The notes under the pieces: model-generated
Database searches by the model: none
What the model saw: the letters and a program-made list of their open reading frames with translations, nothing else
Told to the model about the DNA's origin: nothing
Program-made: the position numbers and the translations under genes
Source: an uncultured Clostridia bacterium
Lineage (GTDB): Bacteria > Bacillota > Clostridia > TANB77 > CAG-508
Assembly (NCBI GenBank): GCA_944393335.1
Contig: CALXZV010000003.1
Span: forward strand, 1 to 34,927
Direction: 5' to 3'
DNA length: 34,927 nucleotides
Part shown: positions 10,423 through 21,603 of the stretch, in pieces
Numbering within the stretch: position 1 is the stretch's first letter
Layout: each line of letters opens with the position of its first letter

Positions 10423-11538
10423 TTACTTCACTCCTGTTACTTCTATTATTTTATTACTTATTTCAACAATTTTTTCTGGAACAACATAATCTTTTTGTCC
10501 ATAAACTTCTTCATGTAGTTTTTTTACATTACTTTCTAATGTTGTTGCTGGTCCATAAAAGTCCCCTTTCATCCAAACGCCAGTGGTCGTGTATGGCCAA
10601 CCAAATGAACTTTTTAATTTTAAATTTAAAGCCATTGGTATTAATTCTTTTATCTTATTTGGCGTAATGTTAGTTCTAATTTTAGGTAAAAACGTATCTA
10701 ACAAATTATTAATTGTTGCTAAATCTGATGCTTTAATTTTTTCTACTACTTTTCCTAAAACTTCTCTCATTCTTTCTGTTCTTTTATAATCTAACCCTGT
10801 TGTATATCTTATTCTACAATAAGATACTGCTTGAATTCCATCAAGATGTTGCAAACCAGTATGAGCAATGTTTGAAGTTGTTCTTCCTATTACATTTGAA
10901 ACATCTCTTATATAGTTATTTATATAGTTTATTTCTTCACTATCTATGTCTATATCTATCCCACCTACGCTATCTACCAAATCAGCAATTGCGGTAAAAT
11001 CAGCCATTATATATTCAGTAATATTTAAGTCTAAATTTTCATTTATTGTCTTTAATGTATTTTCTACTCCATTATAATAGGCATGATTTATTTTATCTAA
11101 TATTGTTTCTCCATCTAAATCCATTTGAACATATGTATCTCTATATATAGAATATAATTGCACTTCATTTGTTTCTTTATTTATGCTTGCCACCATAATG
11201 CAATCTGTTCTATAATCTGGATCATATGTATCATATCTTGAGTCTAAACCAAGTATCGCAATATTTCTAAATTTGTTCATTTGGGAATCCTGAGTTGCCT
11301 CATCTATTCCTAGCTCATTAAAATCATTTGTAATATGCTCAATTTGTAGTTTACCTAGTTTTGAATTTAAATAGAAATAGACAGTAGAAATTATAGCAAT
11401 TACAATTATTAATATAATTGCAATTACTATACCAAATATTTTTAACTTTTTATGTTTTTTATTAGGTTTACTATCTTCTTTTTCTTTAAATCTATTTTTA
11501 TGTGGCATCTCATTTGAATTATTTTTTTTTCTATTCAT
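10423..11538 (-). CDS. LCP (LytR-CpsA-Psr) family glycopolymer transferase, paralog 2
   Basis: Basic N-tail, single TM, then [29 protein letters not shown] and DG-QA-SYCRIR...DYKRTERMR. Confidence 0.93.
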   Translation of the reverse strand: MNRKKNNSNEMPHKNRFKEKEDSKPNKKHKKLKIFGIVIAIILIIVIAIISTVYFYLNSKLGKLQIEHITNDFNELGIDEATQDSQMNKFRNIAILGLDSRYDTYDPDYRTDCIMVASINKETNEVQLYSIYRDTYVQMDLDGETILDKINHAYYNGVENTLKTINENLDLNITEYIMADFTAIADLVDSVGGIDIDIDSEEINYINNYIRDVSNVIGRTTSNIAHTGLQHLDGIQAVSYCRIRYTTGLDYKRTERMREVLGKVVEKIKASDLATINNLLDTFLPKIRTNITPNKIKELIPMALNLKLKSSFGWPYTTTGVWMKGDFYGPATTLESNVKKLHEEVYGQKDYVVPEKIVEISNKIIEVTGVK

Positions 11539-11596
11539 TTTTTCTCCATAACATTTTTACATGCATAATAGTATATTTTCTACTTTTTACTTTTTA

Positions 11597-11625
11597 ATTT
11601 TATCACTTAAAATGTTTTTTGTAAA
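11597..11625 (-). promoter_or_regulatory. SigA-like promoter of LCP paralog 2 / module 2
   Basis: TTTACA-17 nt-TAAAAT with an extended -10 TG; same architecture as 21708-21736. Confidence 0.6.
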
Positions 11626-11643
11626 CCACTAAAATTAATCTTT

Positions 11644-12744
11644 TTAGAATTCCTTTTGAACAACTTTTAAAGCCTCATCAATTACTTTATCCATATCAAA
11701 ATATTTATATTGACCAAGTCTTCCTCCAAAAATAACCTTACTATCTTTATCCGCTAATTCTTTATATTTAGCATATAACCCATTATTTCTATCATTATTT
11801 ATTGGATAATATGGTTCTTTAGTCTTGTCCCATTTATCTGGATACTCTCTAGTAACTATAGTTTTTTCATGGTTAATTATTTTTTCAAAATGCTTATGTT
11901 CAATTATTCTTGTATATGGAACTTCATACTCTGTATAGTTTACTACTGCATTTCCTTGATAATTATCTTTATCTAATTCTTCTGTTTCAAATCTTAAGCT
12001 TCTGTATTCTAGCTCTCCAAAACAATAGCCATAATATTTGTCTATTTGACCTGTGTAAACTATTTTATCTGCAATATTTCCTAGTTCATCTTTGTGTTCT
12101 AAATAATCTGTATTTAGTCTTACTTCGATACCATCTAACATTTTTTCTATTATTTGTGTATATCCACCTATTGGTATACCTTGATAATCATCATTAAAAT
12201 AATTGTTATCATAAATAAATCTAACAGGTAATCTTTTTATTATAAAAGATGGTAGTTCTGTCGCTCTTTGTCCCCATTGCTTTTCAGTATAACCTTTTAC
12301 TAATTTTTCATAAATTGTTTTGCCAACTAAGCTAATTGCTTGTTCCTCTAAGTTTTTAGGATCTGTTATGCCTGCCTTTTTCTTTTCTTCTTCAATTTTA
12401 GCTTTTGCCTCATCTGGAGTTATAACTCCCCATAATTTATTAAATGTGTTCATATTAAAAGGCATATTATATAATTCATCTCTATACCTAGCAACTGGTG
12501 AATTGGTGTATCTGTTAAATTCTGCAAATTGATTTATATAATCCCATACTTTTTTATTACTTGTATGGAATATATGTGCACCATATTTATGTACATTAAT
12601 GCCATCTACATTTTCAGTATAGATGTTTCCTCCTATATGTGGACGTTTTTCAACAACTAAACATTTTTTTCCTTTTTTATTTGCCTCATAAGCAAATATT
12701 GATCCAAATAGACCTGAGCCTACTATTAAATAATCGTATTTCAT
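11644..12744 (-). CDS. glf: UDP-galactopyranose mutase
   Basis: YDYLIVGSGLFG, HKYGAHIFHT, GYTEKQWG, EPYYP and GRLGQYKYFDMD. Confidence 0.96.
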   Translation of the reverse strand: MKYDYLIVGSGLFGSIFAYEANKKGKKCLVVEKRPHIGGNIYTENVDGINVHKYGAHIFHTSNKKVWDYINQFAEFNRYTNSPVARYRDELYNMPFNMNTFNKLWGVITPDEAKAKIEEEKKKAGITDPKNLEEQAISLVGKTIYEKLVKGYTEKQWGQRATELPSFIIKRLPVRFIYDNNYFNDDYQGIPIGGYTQIIEKMLDGIEVRLNTDYLEHKDELGNIADKIVYTGQIDKYYGYCFGELEYRSLRFETEELDKDNYQGNAVVNYTEYEVPYTRIIEHKHFEKIINHEKTIVTREYPDKWDKTKEPYYPINNDRNNGLYAKYKELADKDSKVIFGGRLGQYKYFDMDKVIDEALKVVQKEF

Positions 12745-12789
12745 AACATTACTCCTTTATAACTTAATATTTAAAATTTAAATTTAAAA

Positions 12790-14241
12790 CTAACTATTAT
12801 TTTTTACTTTAAATACTTTATTTTTTACTTCATTAATCATATCAAAAGTAAATTTATCTTTCAATACTAAAAGCATCAAAATATAAACAATTGTACCAAC
12901 TCCCACTTGCAAAACAATAGATACAAAATCATTAACAGAAAATAATCCTACTAATTTACAAGCTACAAACATAATTATTGAAGAAATTATATATTTTATA
13001 GATAACTTTAATATTCCCTTTATATCAAACTCTTTTCTTACAAAAATTAATTGCACTAAAGTAACAGTAAATTCAGCAATTACTGTTCCTATAGATGCTC
13101 CTAAAGCTCCAAACTTCCATATTAAGCAACTATTCATAATTAAATTTACCACTGCCCCAGTTACAACAGATATTGTATACTGTTTTTGCCTTTTTGTTGG
13201 TAATAAGTATTGCTTTCCTATAACATTGCTCATTCCTATGAATAATATAATTGGTGATATAACACTCATTAATATGACAACTTTATCATAGCCTGGTCCA
13301 AAAAATAATGGTACGAATTTGTCAGCTACTGCTATTATTCCAAATACCATTGGAAACGCCAATATAAATACAAAGTTAAATGATTTCTTTAAATAGCCAA
13401 ATACTTCTTGCTTTTTATTATTGGCAAAACAACTTGCAATTCTAGGTAGCAAAACTGTTCCAAGTGATGTAATAATAGTTAATAATAATTTAATAATTTT
13501 TTCACTCTGCTGATAATATCCAACTTCCGATTTGTCTTCCCATATTGCACCAATCATAGTTTTATCTAACACAGTATAAACCTGTATCGCTATTTCTGGA
13601 ATAAATAAAGCTAAAGTTGGTTTTAAGTGTTTAAAAATATTTAATTCTTTAACATTAACTTTTACTAAATATTTTGGCAAATAGAACCACAGTGATAAAT
13701 TTCCAATTAATACAGATAAAACGTAAATCCAGAAATATATATTTAAATCTTCTGGTGTTTTAACTAATACAAATATTGATACTACACTTATAAACTTTAT
13801 TATTAAGTTTCTTGAAACTGTTTTCTTAAAATCTTCTAATCCAATAAAAAACCAGCTTATATCCAAACATTGTGCAATTAATTCTACAATTAATATTTTA
13901 TAAAAATATCCATATTCACCATTTGAAACAAATGTTATGCAAAATACAGCTATTGATATAAACATTGTAATGGTTCTAAGTAAAACTATTTCTATAAATG
14001 TCTTTGTATTTTCTTTTTTGTTATCTTGATGAAAAGCAATTTCTCTTTGTGCATATAAACTAACACCCAGCGAACCAAACAAAATAAAGTACGCAGATAT
14101 AGATGTTGTATAACTATAAATACCAATATTTTCTGCACCTAACACTCTTGATATGTATGGTGCAGTTATTAGTGGCAATAGTATTACTAATATTTGATAC
14201 ATTAAGTTGTATATATAATTTTTCTTTACACTATTTTTCAA
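12790..14241 (-). CDS. wzx: Polysaccharide flippase (Wzx), intact
   Basis: KNYIYNLMYQIL...ITAPYISRVLG, LDKTMIG, VLLPRIA and about 13-14 hydrophobic segments. TTG start after AAGGAG. Confidence 0.92.
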   Translation of the reverse strand: MKNSVKKNYIYNLMYQILVILLPLITAPYISRVLGAENIGIYSYTTSISAYFILFGSLGVSLYAQREIAFHQDNKKENTKTFIEIVLLRTITMFISIAVFCITFVSNGEYGYFYKILIVELIAQCLDISWFFIGLEDFKKTVSRNLIIKFISVVSIFVLVKTPEDLNIYFWIYVLSVLIGNLSLWFYLPKYLVKVNVKELNIFKHLKPTLALFIPEIAIQVYTVLDKTMIGAIWEDKSEVGYYQQSEKIIKLLLTIITSLGTVLLPRIASCFANNKKQEVFGYLKKSFNFVFILAFPMVFGIIAVADKFVPLFFGPGYDKVVILMSVISPIILFIGMSNVIGKQYLLPTKRQKQYTISVVTGAVVNLIMNSCLIWKFGALGASIGTVIAEFTVTLVQLIFVRKEFDIKGILKLSIKYIISSIIMFVACKLVGLFSVNDFVSIVLQVGVGTIVYILMLLVLKDKFTFDMINEVKNKVFKVKNNS

Positions 14242-16378
14242 TCTTTTCTCCTTCTATAATATTATATTTTTCTAATATTTTACTTAATATTGATTGTGTA
14301 AAAAAACCTGTTCTTACCTTTTGTTCTAATTTTTCTACATTTTTTCTCTTAACATCAAAATCCGAAAAATCCAACTTATTTATATCATACAAATTAGAAA
14401 TTTCGTACCCAATGTTATTTTCTTTAACAAATTTTGCTATTGCCGATTTTTTCCATACTATAACTGGCATACCTGCAGCTATATAACAAGATAATTTATG
14501 TGGATTATTGTATTTAGTATAATTTTTATAACTTTTATCCTCATCACTTTCATCAAAATTTCCATCCCAAACCAATCCTAAATTTCCTTCTATTTTATTA
14601 GGCATTTCATCTGGAGTACACTTCCCTTTATATATTATTTTCTTGTTATTAAATTCTTTATTTTTTTGTCCATACAAATATAGCTCAAAATGCATTTTTT
14701 TACTATCCAATTGATTAATAAAGAATGCTTTATCTAAATTCCCACTATATGTAATTTTAGGATTGTTTTGATTTATTTTTTTCTCTTTTGCTTGACCTTC
14801 ACATAAATAATCAAATAATTCTAATTCATATATTTTATTACTATCTATCCCTTTATCTATAAGGAATTTTTTCATGCTACTATTATGAGCAATTATAAAA
14901 TCACATGATTTATAAAAACTTATCTCTTCACTAAGTTCTTTATCGTTTTGATTTCTTAGTCCTTCAATATCATGAATTATTACAACTTTATTTTTAAATT
15001 TATCCATCATTATCTTTTTACTTGAAAAAGGTGCTTGAATAATCGCTAGCTCTGTTTCTTTTGCAAAATTAGAAATCAATTTAAACTTTTTTGCAAATTG
15101 TATCATTCTTTTTATTTTGCTTTTGCATATTTCTTCAGTTAGTGGCACTGTTTTTACTTCAAAATCAAAATTTTTTTCAGCAATTTTTTCTATATCAGTT
15201 TTTGCTTTTGGTCCAGCATTAAAATTATTTTTTATATATTGTGATAAAATTATTCTTTTATTTTTCTTTTTTTCACTCCATAAATAATCTCCAAAAAATA
15301 ATAATGGAAAGCCTATCACAGGATACATTATGTATCTTTCTGTTATACCTATAATTGCAAAAAGTATTATAAATATTGCATTTTTCTTTTCATTTTTACT
15401 ATTCAAATTTGTAAATAAATATATTAGCCATATTAAGTATAATAATCCATATTTAATATAAGATCTAGAATAAATGCTATCAAGATATAGTTCAGCCGTT
15501 CCTCCAAAATCCCACTTAACTTCTTTTGTTAAATCTAAATCTCTTGGAAAAAGACTAACACCATATTCATCTATTGCAATAGATAACAGAGATACTCTTC
15601 CACTTAAAGCTGTTTCAATCTTTTGTAATATAAAGCTATCTTTGTTCCATCTATATATATAACTTATACCTATTGTAAAAACTATTGCTACTATAAATAT
15701 AATCTTTGAAAAATATGTAATAATTTTTGAAAGCTTTATATTTTTACTTAAAACTAATAAAACAATTAATGCTATTGAAGCAATTAAAGTTGTTCTTGAT
15801 AGTGTTAATAAATAAGTTCCAATAAATATAGCCCAAAAAGCAATTAAATGTCTAATTTTTAAATTGTCATATTTTAAATATGCATATTGTGATACTAACC
15901 ATAAAATTAGCCCAGCTACTATATTTGGATGATACATATAAAATGTATATCTTGGTTCACCTGTATTTCTGTATATAATCGGGATTTCTGATATAAATCC
16001 ATCAATTATATATTTTATAACATGTATAGATAATAAAACTGTAATACTGCAAAAACTTATTTTAATTATTTTTTTGATATCTATATTTTTAGAAGCAAAT
16101 ATAACTAAAAATACATAAAGGGCAATAAATTCATGAGTGATTATTGATACCCAAAATGAAATTATTCCAGAAATTATAGTTATTATTAATTGTTTATTTG
16201 TATAATTTTGAAATATCAATTTTACAAAAAAACATATAACTAAGGTTGCAGCTATTGGCATATCATTTATACTAATTAAAGAACTTTTTTCTGTAAAAAA
16301 TTTTATGCATAAAATAATTATTCCAACAAAATATATTTTTTCTAAGTATTTATCTTTATTCTCAATAATTTCTTTCAT
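14231..16378 (-). CDS. Fusion of a Wzy-like membrane polymerase (about aa 1-365) and a galactofuranosyltransferase-like GT-B domain (about aa 370-715)
   Basis: The N-half is multi-TM with HPN, SRT, LSGR and YLDSIY. The C-half has NAGPKAKTDI, IIHDIEGLR, IAHNSSMK, LFDYL, GLVWDG and YNNPHKLSCYIAAGMPVIVW. Confidence 0.8.
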   Translation of the reverse strand: MKEIIENKDKYLEKIYFVGIIILCIKFFTEKSSLISINDMPIAATLVICFFVKLIFQNYTNKQLIITIISGIISFWVSIITHEFIALYVFLVIFASKNIDIKKIIKISFCSITVLLSIHVIKYIIDGFISEIPIIYRNTGEPRYTFYMYHPNIVAGLILWLVSQYAYLKYDNLKIRHLIAFWAIFIGTYLLTLSRTTLIASIALIVLLVLSKNIKLSKIITYFSKIIFIVAIVFTIGISYIYRWNKDSFILQKIETALSGRVSLLSIAIDEYGVSLFPRDLDLTKEVKWDFGGTAELYLDSIYSRSYIKYGLLYLIWLIYLFTNLNSKNEKKNAIFIILFAIIGITERYIMYPVIGFPLLFFGDYLWSEKKKNKRIILSQYIKNNFNAGPKAKTDIEKIAEKNFDFEVKTVPLTEEICKSKIKRMIQFAKKFKLISNFAKETELAIIQAPFSSKKIMMDKFKNKVVIIHDIEGLRNQNDKELSEEISFYKSCDFIIAHNSSMKKFLIDKGIDSNKIYELELFDYLCEGQAKEKKINQNNPKITYSGNLDKAFFINQLDSKKMHFELYLYGQKNKEFNNKKIIYKGKCTPDEMPNKIEGNLGLVWDGNFDESDEDKSYKNYTKYNNPHKLSCYIAAGMPVIVWKKSAIAKFVKENNIGYEISNLYDINKLDFSDFDVKRKNVEKLEQKVRTGFFTQSILSKILEKYNIIEGEKIEK

Positions 16379-16386
16379 ATTTACCC

Positions 16387-17376
16387 CTATATTTCGAATG
16401 ATGATTTATCTGGTAATATTTTATTAAATGCATCATTAATTTTTTGTTTTTTATCTTCAAAATTTTTAATATTGTTTGAATCATTTAAACATATAATTTT
16501 ATACTTTTGCTTTATTATTGCTTTTATTGCTTCATCAAAGGCTTCTTCTAATTTAAAATTATAACCAAATTTTATACTTCTTGGAATTATATTATCACTT
16601 GCTATTTGCCAATCTCTAAACACCCATTGATTTACGTCTTGTTTTGGATCTCTGAATTTATCAAAAGTTGTCTTTGTAAGTTCTTCTTGATTCCTTTTCC
16701 AAACTTCTTGATAAGTCTTCTTTAAGAAACTGTTAGCAATATGCATTTCATAAAATCCTGTAAAATCATGCCATGGTAATAATAGCAAATTTTTTATATT
16801 TTCTATTCCATATTTAATATTAAACCAGTTGGTTATTTTTTTAGTCATTTGCTCTTTTTTATTAAAGAATTCATTTATGATTGCCAAATTATTAACTAAT
16901 GTATTACCAATTCCATTTTTATTTTCTTGTATAACTGGTGACATTATTGCAGAATCACATGGTATTCCATTTATAAAAAAATCCTTTTTATCTACTTTTT
17001 TAATTATAAACACATCATCATTAAAATAAACAAATCTTTCCGAAAGATTTTTTATTCTATGCAAATTAACTTCTAATGCATTTGAATTAAATACTGGCAA
17101 ACTTCCCTCCGGCATAAAATCTTTGTGATTAACTATATTTAATTGTTTGTTATTCGTATTTAACCACTTAGGTAAATGTCCATATGTTACAAAATGAATC
17201 TTATTTACCCATGGGGCAAATTTTTCAACGCCTCTAAACCAATATTGCAAGTTATCCCAATCTCTATATCTAATTTCTCTATCATCACTACTTGCATTAT
17301 CATATTTTGCTTTTTCTTCTCTCCATTTTGGGTCATTTCCATCAACCCATAATATTACAAAATCTATTGTATCCAT
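16387..17376 (-). CDS. Stealth family hexose-1-phosphate transferase
   Basis: CR1 IDFVILWVDGND, CR2 RYRDWD...LPVFNSNALE...FVYFNDD and CR4 ICLND. The start is likely the ATG at 17376 (or 17382). Confidence 0.92.
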   Translation of the reverse strand: MDTIDFVILWVDGNDPKWREEKAKYDNASSDDREIRYRDWDNLQYWFRGVEKFAPWVNKIHFVTYGHLPKWLNTNNKQLNIVNHKDFMPEGSLPVFNSNALEVNLHRIKNLSERFVYFNDDVFIIKKVDKKDFFINGIPCDSAIMSPVIQENKNGIGNTLVNNLAIINEFFNKKEQMTKKITNWFNIKYGIENIKNLLLLPWHDFTGFYEMHIANSFLKKTYQEVWKRNQEELTKTTFDKFRDPKQDVNQWVFRDWQIASDNIIPRSIKFGYNFKLEEAFDEAIKAIIKQKYKIICLNDSNNIKNFEDKKQKINDAFNKILPDKSSFEI

Positions 17377-17443
17377 TATCATAGTAAATGTTAGCACTAT
17401 TAAGCTATCATTTACCTCCTCTCATAAATTAGTTTTATTTAAA

Positions 17444-18880
17444 TTATCTATAAAATTTCATTAGAGTCTTTACATGTTCATCCATCGTTGTTAGTTTTTG
17501 CTTTTCATCAAAGTATTTTTTTAACAATTTTCTATTTTTTATTATTTTAATAATTTTATTTTGGAAATCCTTTATATCTCCAGCCTTGAATACGAACTCC
17601 TTTGCCGCAGATAACTCTTGAGCACCACCTAAATCACTACACAAAACAGGTACTCCATAAGCTACATACTCAATAGCAACTTGTGGAAGATTGTCTTCCC
17701 ATATTACCGGCACAATTCCTAAATCTATATTTTCGTAAATTTTTGGTAACTCATTGTGATTATAACCATTTATATGTGTAGCTGACTTTAATTTCCTATT
17801 TAATTCTTTTATTTTTTCAACATTTATTTTATCATTTTCATCTTTCATTTTGGCATAACAATAAAAATTAATTTTTTTTGCAATATCATCTGGAAGGTTA
17901 TTTAATGCTTCAACTAGAAAATCAAATCCCTTTTGCTTATTGAAATATCCCATATAAGCGATATTAAAGTCTTGTGTTTTGTTTTTTCTAATATTTAATT
18001 GTCCTATTTCATTTTCTGCAACTTTTGTTCCTATATAATTTGTAAATATTTTTTCTGGTTTTACCCCATATTTAATTGCTATTTCTCTAACTCTGTTTGA
18101 AACCGCTAACACAACATCAACATAATCATTTATTGTTTCTACACTTTTTTCTCTATATTCTTTGAAATTACAGTTAAAATCATGAAATTTATATTCTGTT
18201 TTTCGTTGTAAATTTTTATTTTTTAATTTTTTCAATAAACTTTTTGCACACCATCTAATTTTTTTATTAATACCAGACATATGTAAAGATTCTGATAATC
18301 TATCTATTTTATAAAAAAAAGTAATCTTTCTTTTCGACACAACAGAATTTATACATTTATTGCATAATTTTCCTTCTTGGTAATCTATACAATTTTTTTC
18401 ATCATTATAAAATAAATTTACCTTTGGGCAACAAAAAAAATAATTGTGCAATGAATAGATAACTTTAGTATTAGGAAAATCTTTTTTTATTTTCAAGCAA
18501 TTTAATGATAAACCTTCTATATTGTTAAAATGAATAACATCAAATCCACCATGCTCCTTTATGAATTTTTTTAAGACTTCATAATCTTCAACATCAGTTA
18601 AATATGTATTAATGTCATCATACATAGCACTGGCTGGTGCTAAACACTTAGAATTTATTAATTTATACGTTTTGCATTTATCACCATAAATGTTTTTTGA
18701 TTTCTTAATATGTGGCTTATTATTAATTAAATCATAATAAGTACCAGAACTCAAAAAATAAATTTCATTATCTGTATTTTTTAGCAGATAATCAATTAGA
18801 TTCTTTTGATAAACATTTACTCCGCCGCCTTGATTGGCAGTATTATCAAATTGAGTCCAATTATAGTATAAAATCTTCAT
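17444..18880 (-). CDS. GT4 glycosyltransferase
   Basis: GGGVNVY, DVIHFNN, YSLHNYFFCCP, YMGYFNKQKG and VPVIWEDNLPQVAIE. Confidence 0.88.
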   Translation of the reverse strand: MKILYYNWTQFDNTANQGGGVNVYQKNLIDYLLKNTDNEIYFLSSGTYYDLINNKPHIKKSKNIYGDKCKTYKLINSKCLAPASAMYDDINTYLTDVEDYEVLKKFIKEHGGFDVIHFNNIEGLSLNCLKIKKDFPNTKVIYSLHNYFFCCPKVNLFYNDEKNCIDYQEGKLCNKCINSVVSKRKITFFYKIDRLSESLHMSGINKKIRWCAKSLLKKLKNKNLQRKTEYKFHDFNCNFKEYREKSVETINDYVDVVLAVSNRVREIAIKYGVKPEKIFTNYIGTKVAENEIGQLNIRKNKTQDFNIAYMGYFNKQKGFDFLVEALNNLPDDIAKKINFYCYAKMKDENDKINVEKIKELNRKLKSATHINGYNHNELPKIYENIDLGIVPVIWEDNLPQVAIEYVAYGVPVLCSDLGGAQELSAAKEFVFKAGDIKDFQNKIIKIIKNRKLLKKYFDEKQKLTTMDEHVKTLMKFYR

Positions 18881-18908
18881 TTCAAAATCCTCTTAATTCA
18901 AATTTTTT

Positions 18909-19697
18909 CTAAAAGCTTTTATCATATTTTTTTCCAAAGAACTTTGCTTTTAGAAAACTCCTTCCTTTATTCCACCAATTTATATTTTGCATATCCATAA
19001 TTGGTATTTCTTCATATATTAAATCTTTTTTATTTATCCAAATATCCAGTAATAATTCAGATATTCTTCCATAAAACCTAGCATGGAATTGGTCATAATC
19101 TGTATTGTCTATTCTTTTTTCTAATTCAAATAATATTTCAAATAACCATTCACAATATTTATCTAATATTTCTTTTTTCATTATAAACATATTAAACATA
19201 TGTGCTGAAGTTCTTTTATGAAGTTTGTCAAACTCTTCTAAATATTCAGGAAATTTTTCTTTTATTATATTTCTGGTTTCATCTAATGGCTCCACATAAA
19301 GTGTATGTTTATAATGTTCATACAAATTTTCTATATAATATTTTCTTTTTACTGGTAAAATAATATCAGTATTATTAAAAATTTCATCAGTTTCTTTTAA
19401 AGTTAAAATATTTTTAAACTTTTCATCTTCGGTTTTATATCTTTTTTTATTTAATGTAAAGTATCTTCTATAATGTACTAAGCCAATATAATCTGACTTT
19501 AAATTTTTCCAAGCCCAATATAGTCCTGTTAGCTCGCAAAAGTAAGGGTTCTTATTTGATATATTTTCCCCTTCATTGTCTCTTTGATAACCAAAACTAT
19601 CTTTTCCCTCAGCTCCAACATGTAAAGGCAAATACATACTATCAGTAGGCATTTGATATTCTTTATGAGTTGCTACAATTACCTTTATATCTTTCAT
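18909..19697 (-). CDS. DUF4422-type glycosyltransferase (probable galactofuranosyltransferase)
   Basis: IVATHK, DNEGENISNKNPYFCELTGLYWAWKN, IGLVHYRRYF, FNMFIMKKE and RFYGRISE. Confidence 0.85.
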   Translation of the reverse strand: MKDIKVIVATHKEYQMPTDSMYLPLHVGAEGKDSFGYQRDNEGENISNKNPYFCELTGLYWAWKNLKSDYIGLVHYRRYFTLNKKRYKTEDEKFKNILTLKETDEIFNNTDIILPVKRKYYIENLYEHYKHTLYVEPLDETRNIIKEKFPEYLEEFDKLHKRTSAHMFNMFIMKKEILDKYCEWLFEILFELEKRIDNTDYDQFHARFYGRISELLLDIWINKKDLIYEEIPIMDMQNINWWNKGRSFLKAKFFGKKYDKSF

Positions 19698-20402
19698 TTA
19701 AACTGCTCCATCCTTATCAATTACTTTTGAAAAAGTTTTAAACAATATTTTTACATCTCTTGTTAAACTGCTACTATTGGCATACTCCCAGTCCATCTTT
19801 AGCCTATCTTCAAATGTAATTTTGCTCCTACCTTTTATTTGCCAAGGTCCTGTTATTCCTGGTTTTACTTTTGTTATACCTATGTAATATTCACCCATTT
19901 CTTTTTGTTCTCGTGGAAGATATGGTCTTGGTCCAACTAAACTCATATCTCCTTTTAAAACATTAATTAGTTGTGGAAATTCGTCAAGGCTTGTAGCTCT
20001 TAATACCTTTCCTACTTTTGTAATTCTTGGGTCACACTTTAATTTTTTATATTTTTTATATTCTTTTCTAGCTTCTTCATTATTTTCTAAATATTCTTTA
20101 AGCTTTTCATCTGCATTTACACACATTGACCTAAATTTATACATTCGAAACTGTTTTCCATTTTTGCCTATTCTAAGTTGCTCATAAAATAATGGTCCAT
20201 CATTTTCTTTTTTAATAATTCTAATTGCCCCCACAACTATTGTTATTGGAATTAATAAAATTACCCCTACAACTCCTGCAATTATATCAATAAGTCTTTT
20301 TATAAGTCTATAAGCAATATTTTGTTTTTTTACTTCACCCAAAATAGGTTTTAATTCTTCGTCTTCTTGGTCTTTAAGTAATATTGCCTCATTGTCCGCC
20401 AT
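19698..20402 (-). CDS. Priming (initiating) phosphoglycosyltransferase, Bac_transf family
   Basis: KRLIDI, FRMYKFRSM, DPRITKVGKVLRATSLDEFPQLINVLKGDMSLVGPRP and KPGITGPWQ. Confidence 0.95.
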   Translation of the reverse strand: MADNEAILLKDQEDEELKPILGEVKKQNIAYRLIKRLIDIIAGVVGVILLIPITIVVGAIRIIKKENDGPLFYEQLRIGKNGKQFRMYKFRSMCVNADEKLKEYLENNEEARKEYKKYKKLKCDPRITKVGKVLRATSLDEFPQLINVLKGDMSLVGPRPYLPREQKEMGEYYIGITKVKPGITGPWQIKGRSKITFEDRLKMDWEYANSSSLTRDVKILFKTFSKVIDKDGAV

Positions 20403-20475
20403 TACTATTATCCCCCTTCTAATAGTTTTGTTTTATACCCTTGAATTTTAATCATGTGCATTATTTATATTTCGT

Positions 20476-21603
20476 CTATTGTATTCCAGTTTTATTTATA
20501 ATTTGATTACTTATGTTTTGCACAGTTTCTGAACATGTATAGTCTGTTTGATCAAATAATTCTTCATGTAATTGTTTTACGTTTTCTTCCAAGTTTACAG
20601 GCACACCATAATATACCCCACTAATTGTTGACCCCTGTGTTTTTTCTGGCCAACCATTGCTTTCTGATATATTTATATTCATAAGTGTTGGTGCTAATCC
20701 AATTATTTCTGTACTACTTATATTTGTAGATATTTTAGGAAGCATAATATTTACAAAGTTAACCAATTGGCTTATACTTAACGATTTTGCTTTTTTAAGC
20801 ATTGCTTCTAATACTGTTCTCATTCTTTCTGTTCTTTTATAATCTCCACCAGATGTGTAACGAATTCTTGAATATGCTAATGCTTGTACGCCATCTAGTT
20901 TATATGTACCTGCTGTTGTTATATGGCTAGAATTATGTCCTGTTACTCTATTATTTTCATCAATATAATTATTTATATATTTTACCTCATCACTAGTTAT
21001 TTCTAATGTAATTCCACCAAGTGCGTCAACCGCGTCCACAACAGCATCAAAGTTAACTGTAACATATTCTTCTATATTTAAGTCTAAATTTGCATTTAAT
21101 GTACTTACTGCAAGTTCTGCTCCACCATATGAATATGCATGAGTTACTTTGTCTAAATTTCTTCCTGTAAGTAATAAATATGTATCCCTATAAACAGAAA
21201 CTAATTTTACTTCATTTGTTTTTTTGTTTATTGAAGCAATTATTATGCAATCACTTCTGTTTCCTCTTCCATAATCATCTGATCTTGAATCTATACCAAA
21301 TAGAGCAATGTTTCTATAGTTGCTTAATTCATCTGCAACTGCATTATCAATGCTTATTGCATTTAAATCAATTTCTTCTTGATCCATTTTGCCAAGCATA
21401 CTATAAATATATGTAAATCCTGCAGCTGCAATTGCTGCTACTATTACAACTAGTACTATAAATATTATTAATATTACTTTTAATACTTTTCTTTTTTTAG
21501 ATTTTGGTTTATTTTCTTTTGCTTTGCTACTTTTATTTTTATTATAACTTGCTTGACTATTTCCTGTTCTATTTTCTCTCATTCTTCTTCCTGAGTTACT
21601 CAT
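20476..21603 (-). CDS. LCP family glycopolymer transferase, paralog 1
   Basis: Basic N-tail, TM, NIALFGIDSR, RSDCII, SVYRDTY and LDGVQALAYSRIRY...DYKRTERMR. The start is likely the ATG at 21603 after GGAGG. Confidence 0.93.
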   Translation of the reverse strand: MSNSGRRMRENRTGNSQASYNKNKSSKAKENKPKSKKRKVLKVILIIFIVLVVIVAAIAAAGFTYIYSMLGKMDQEEIDLNAISIDNAVADELSNYRNIALFGIDSRSDDYGRGNRSDCIIIASINKKTNEVKLVSVYRDTYLLLTGRNLDKVTHAYSYGGAELAVSTLNANLDLNIEEYVTVNFDAVVDAVDALGGITLEITSDEVKYINNYIDENNRVTGHNSSHITTAGTYKLDGVQALAYSRIRYTSGGDYKRTERMRTVLEAMLKKAKSLSISQLVNFVNIMLPKISTNISSTEIIGLAPTLMNINISESNGWPEKTQGSTISGVYYGVPVNLEENVKQLHEELFDQTDYTCSETVQNISNQIINKTGIQ

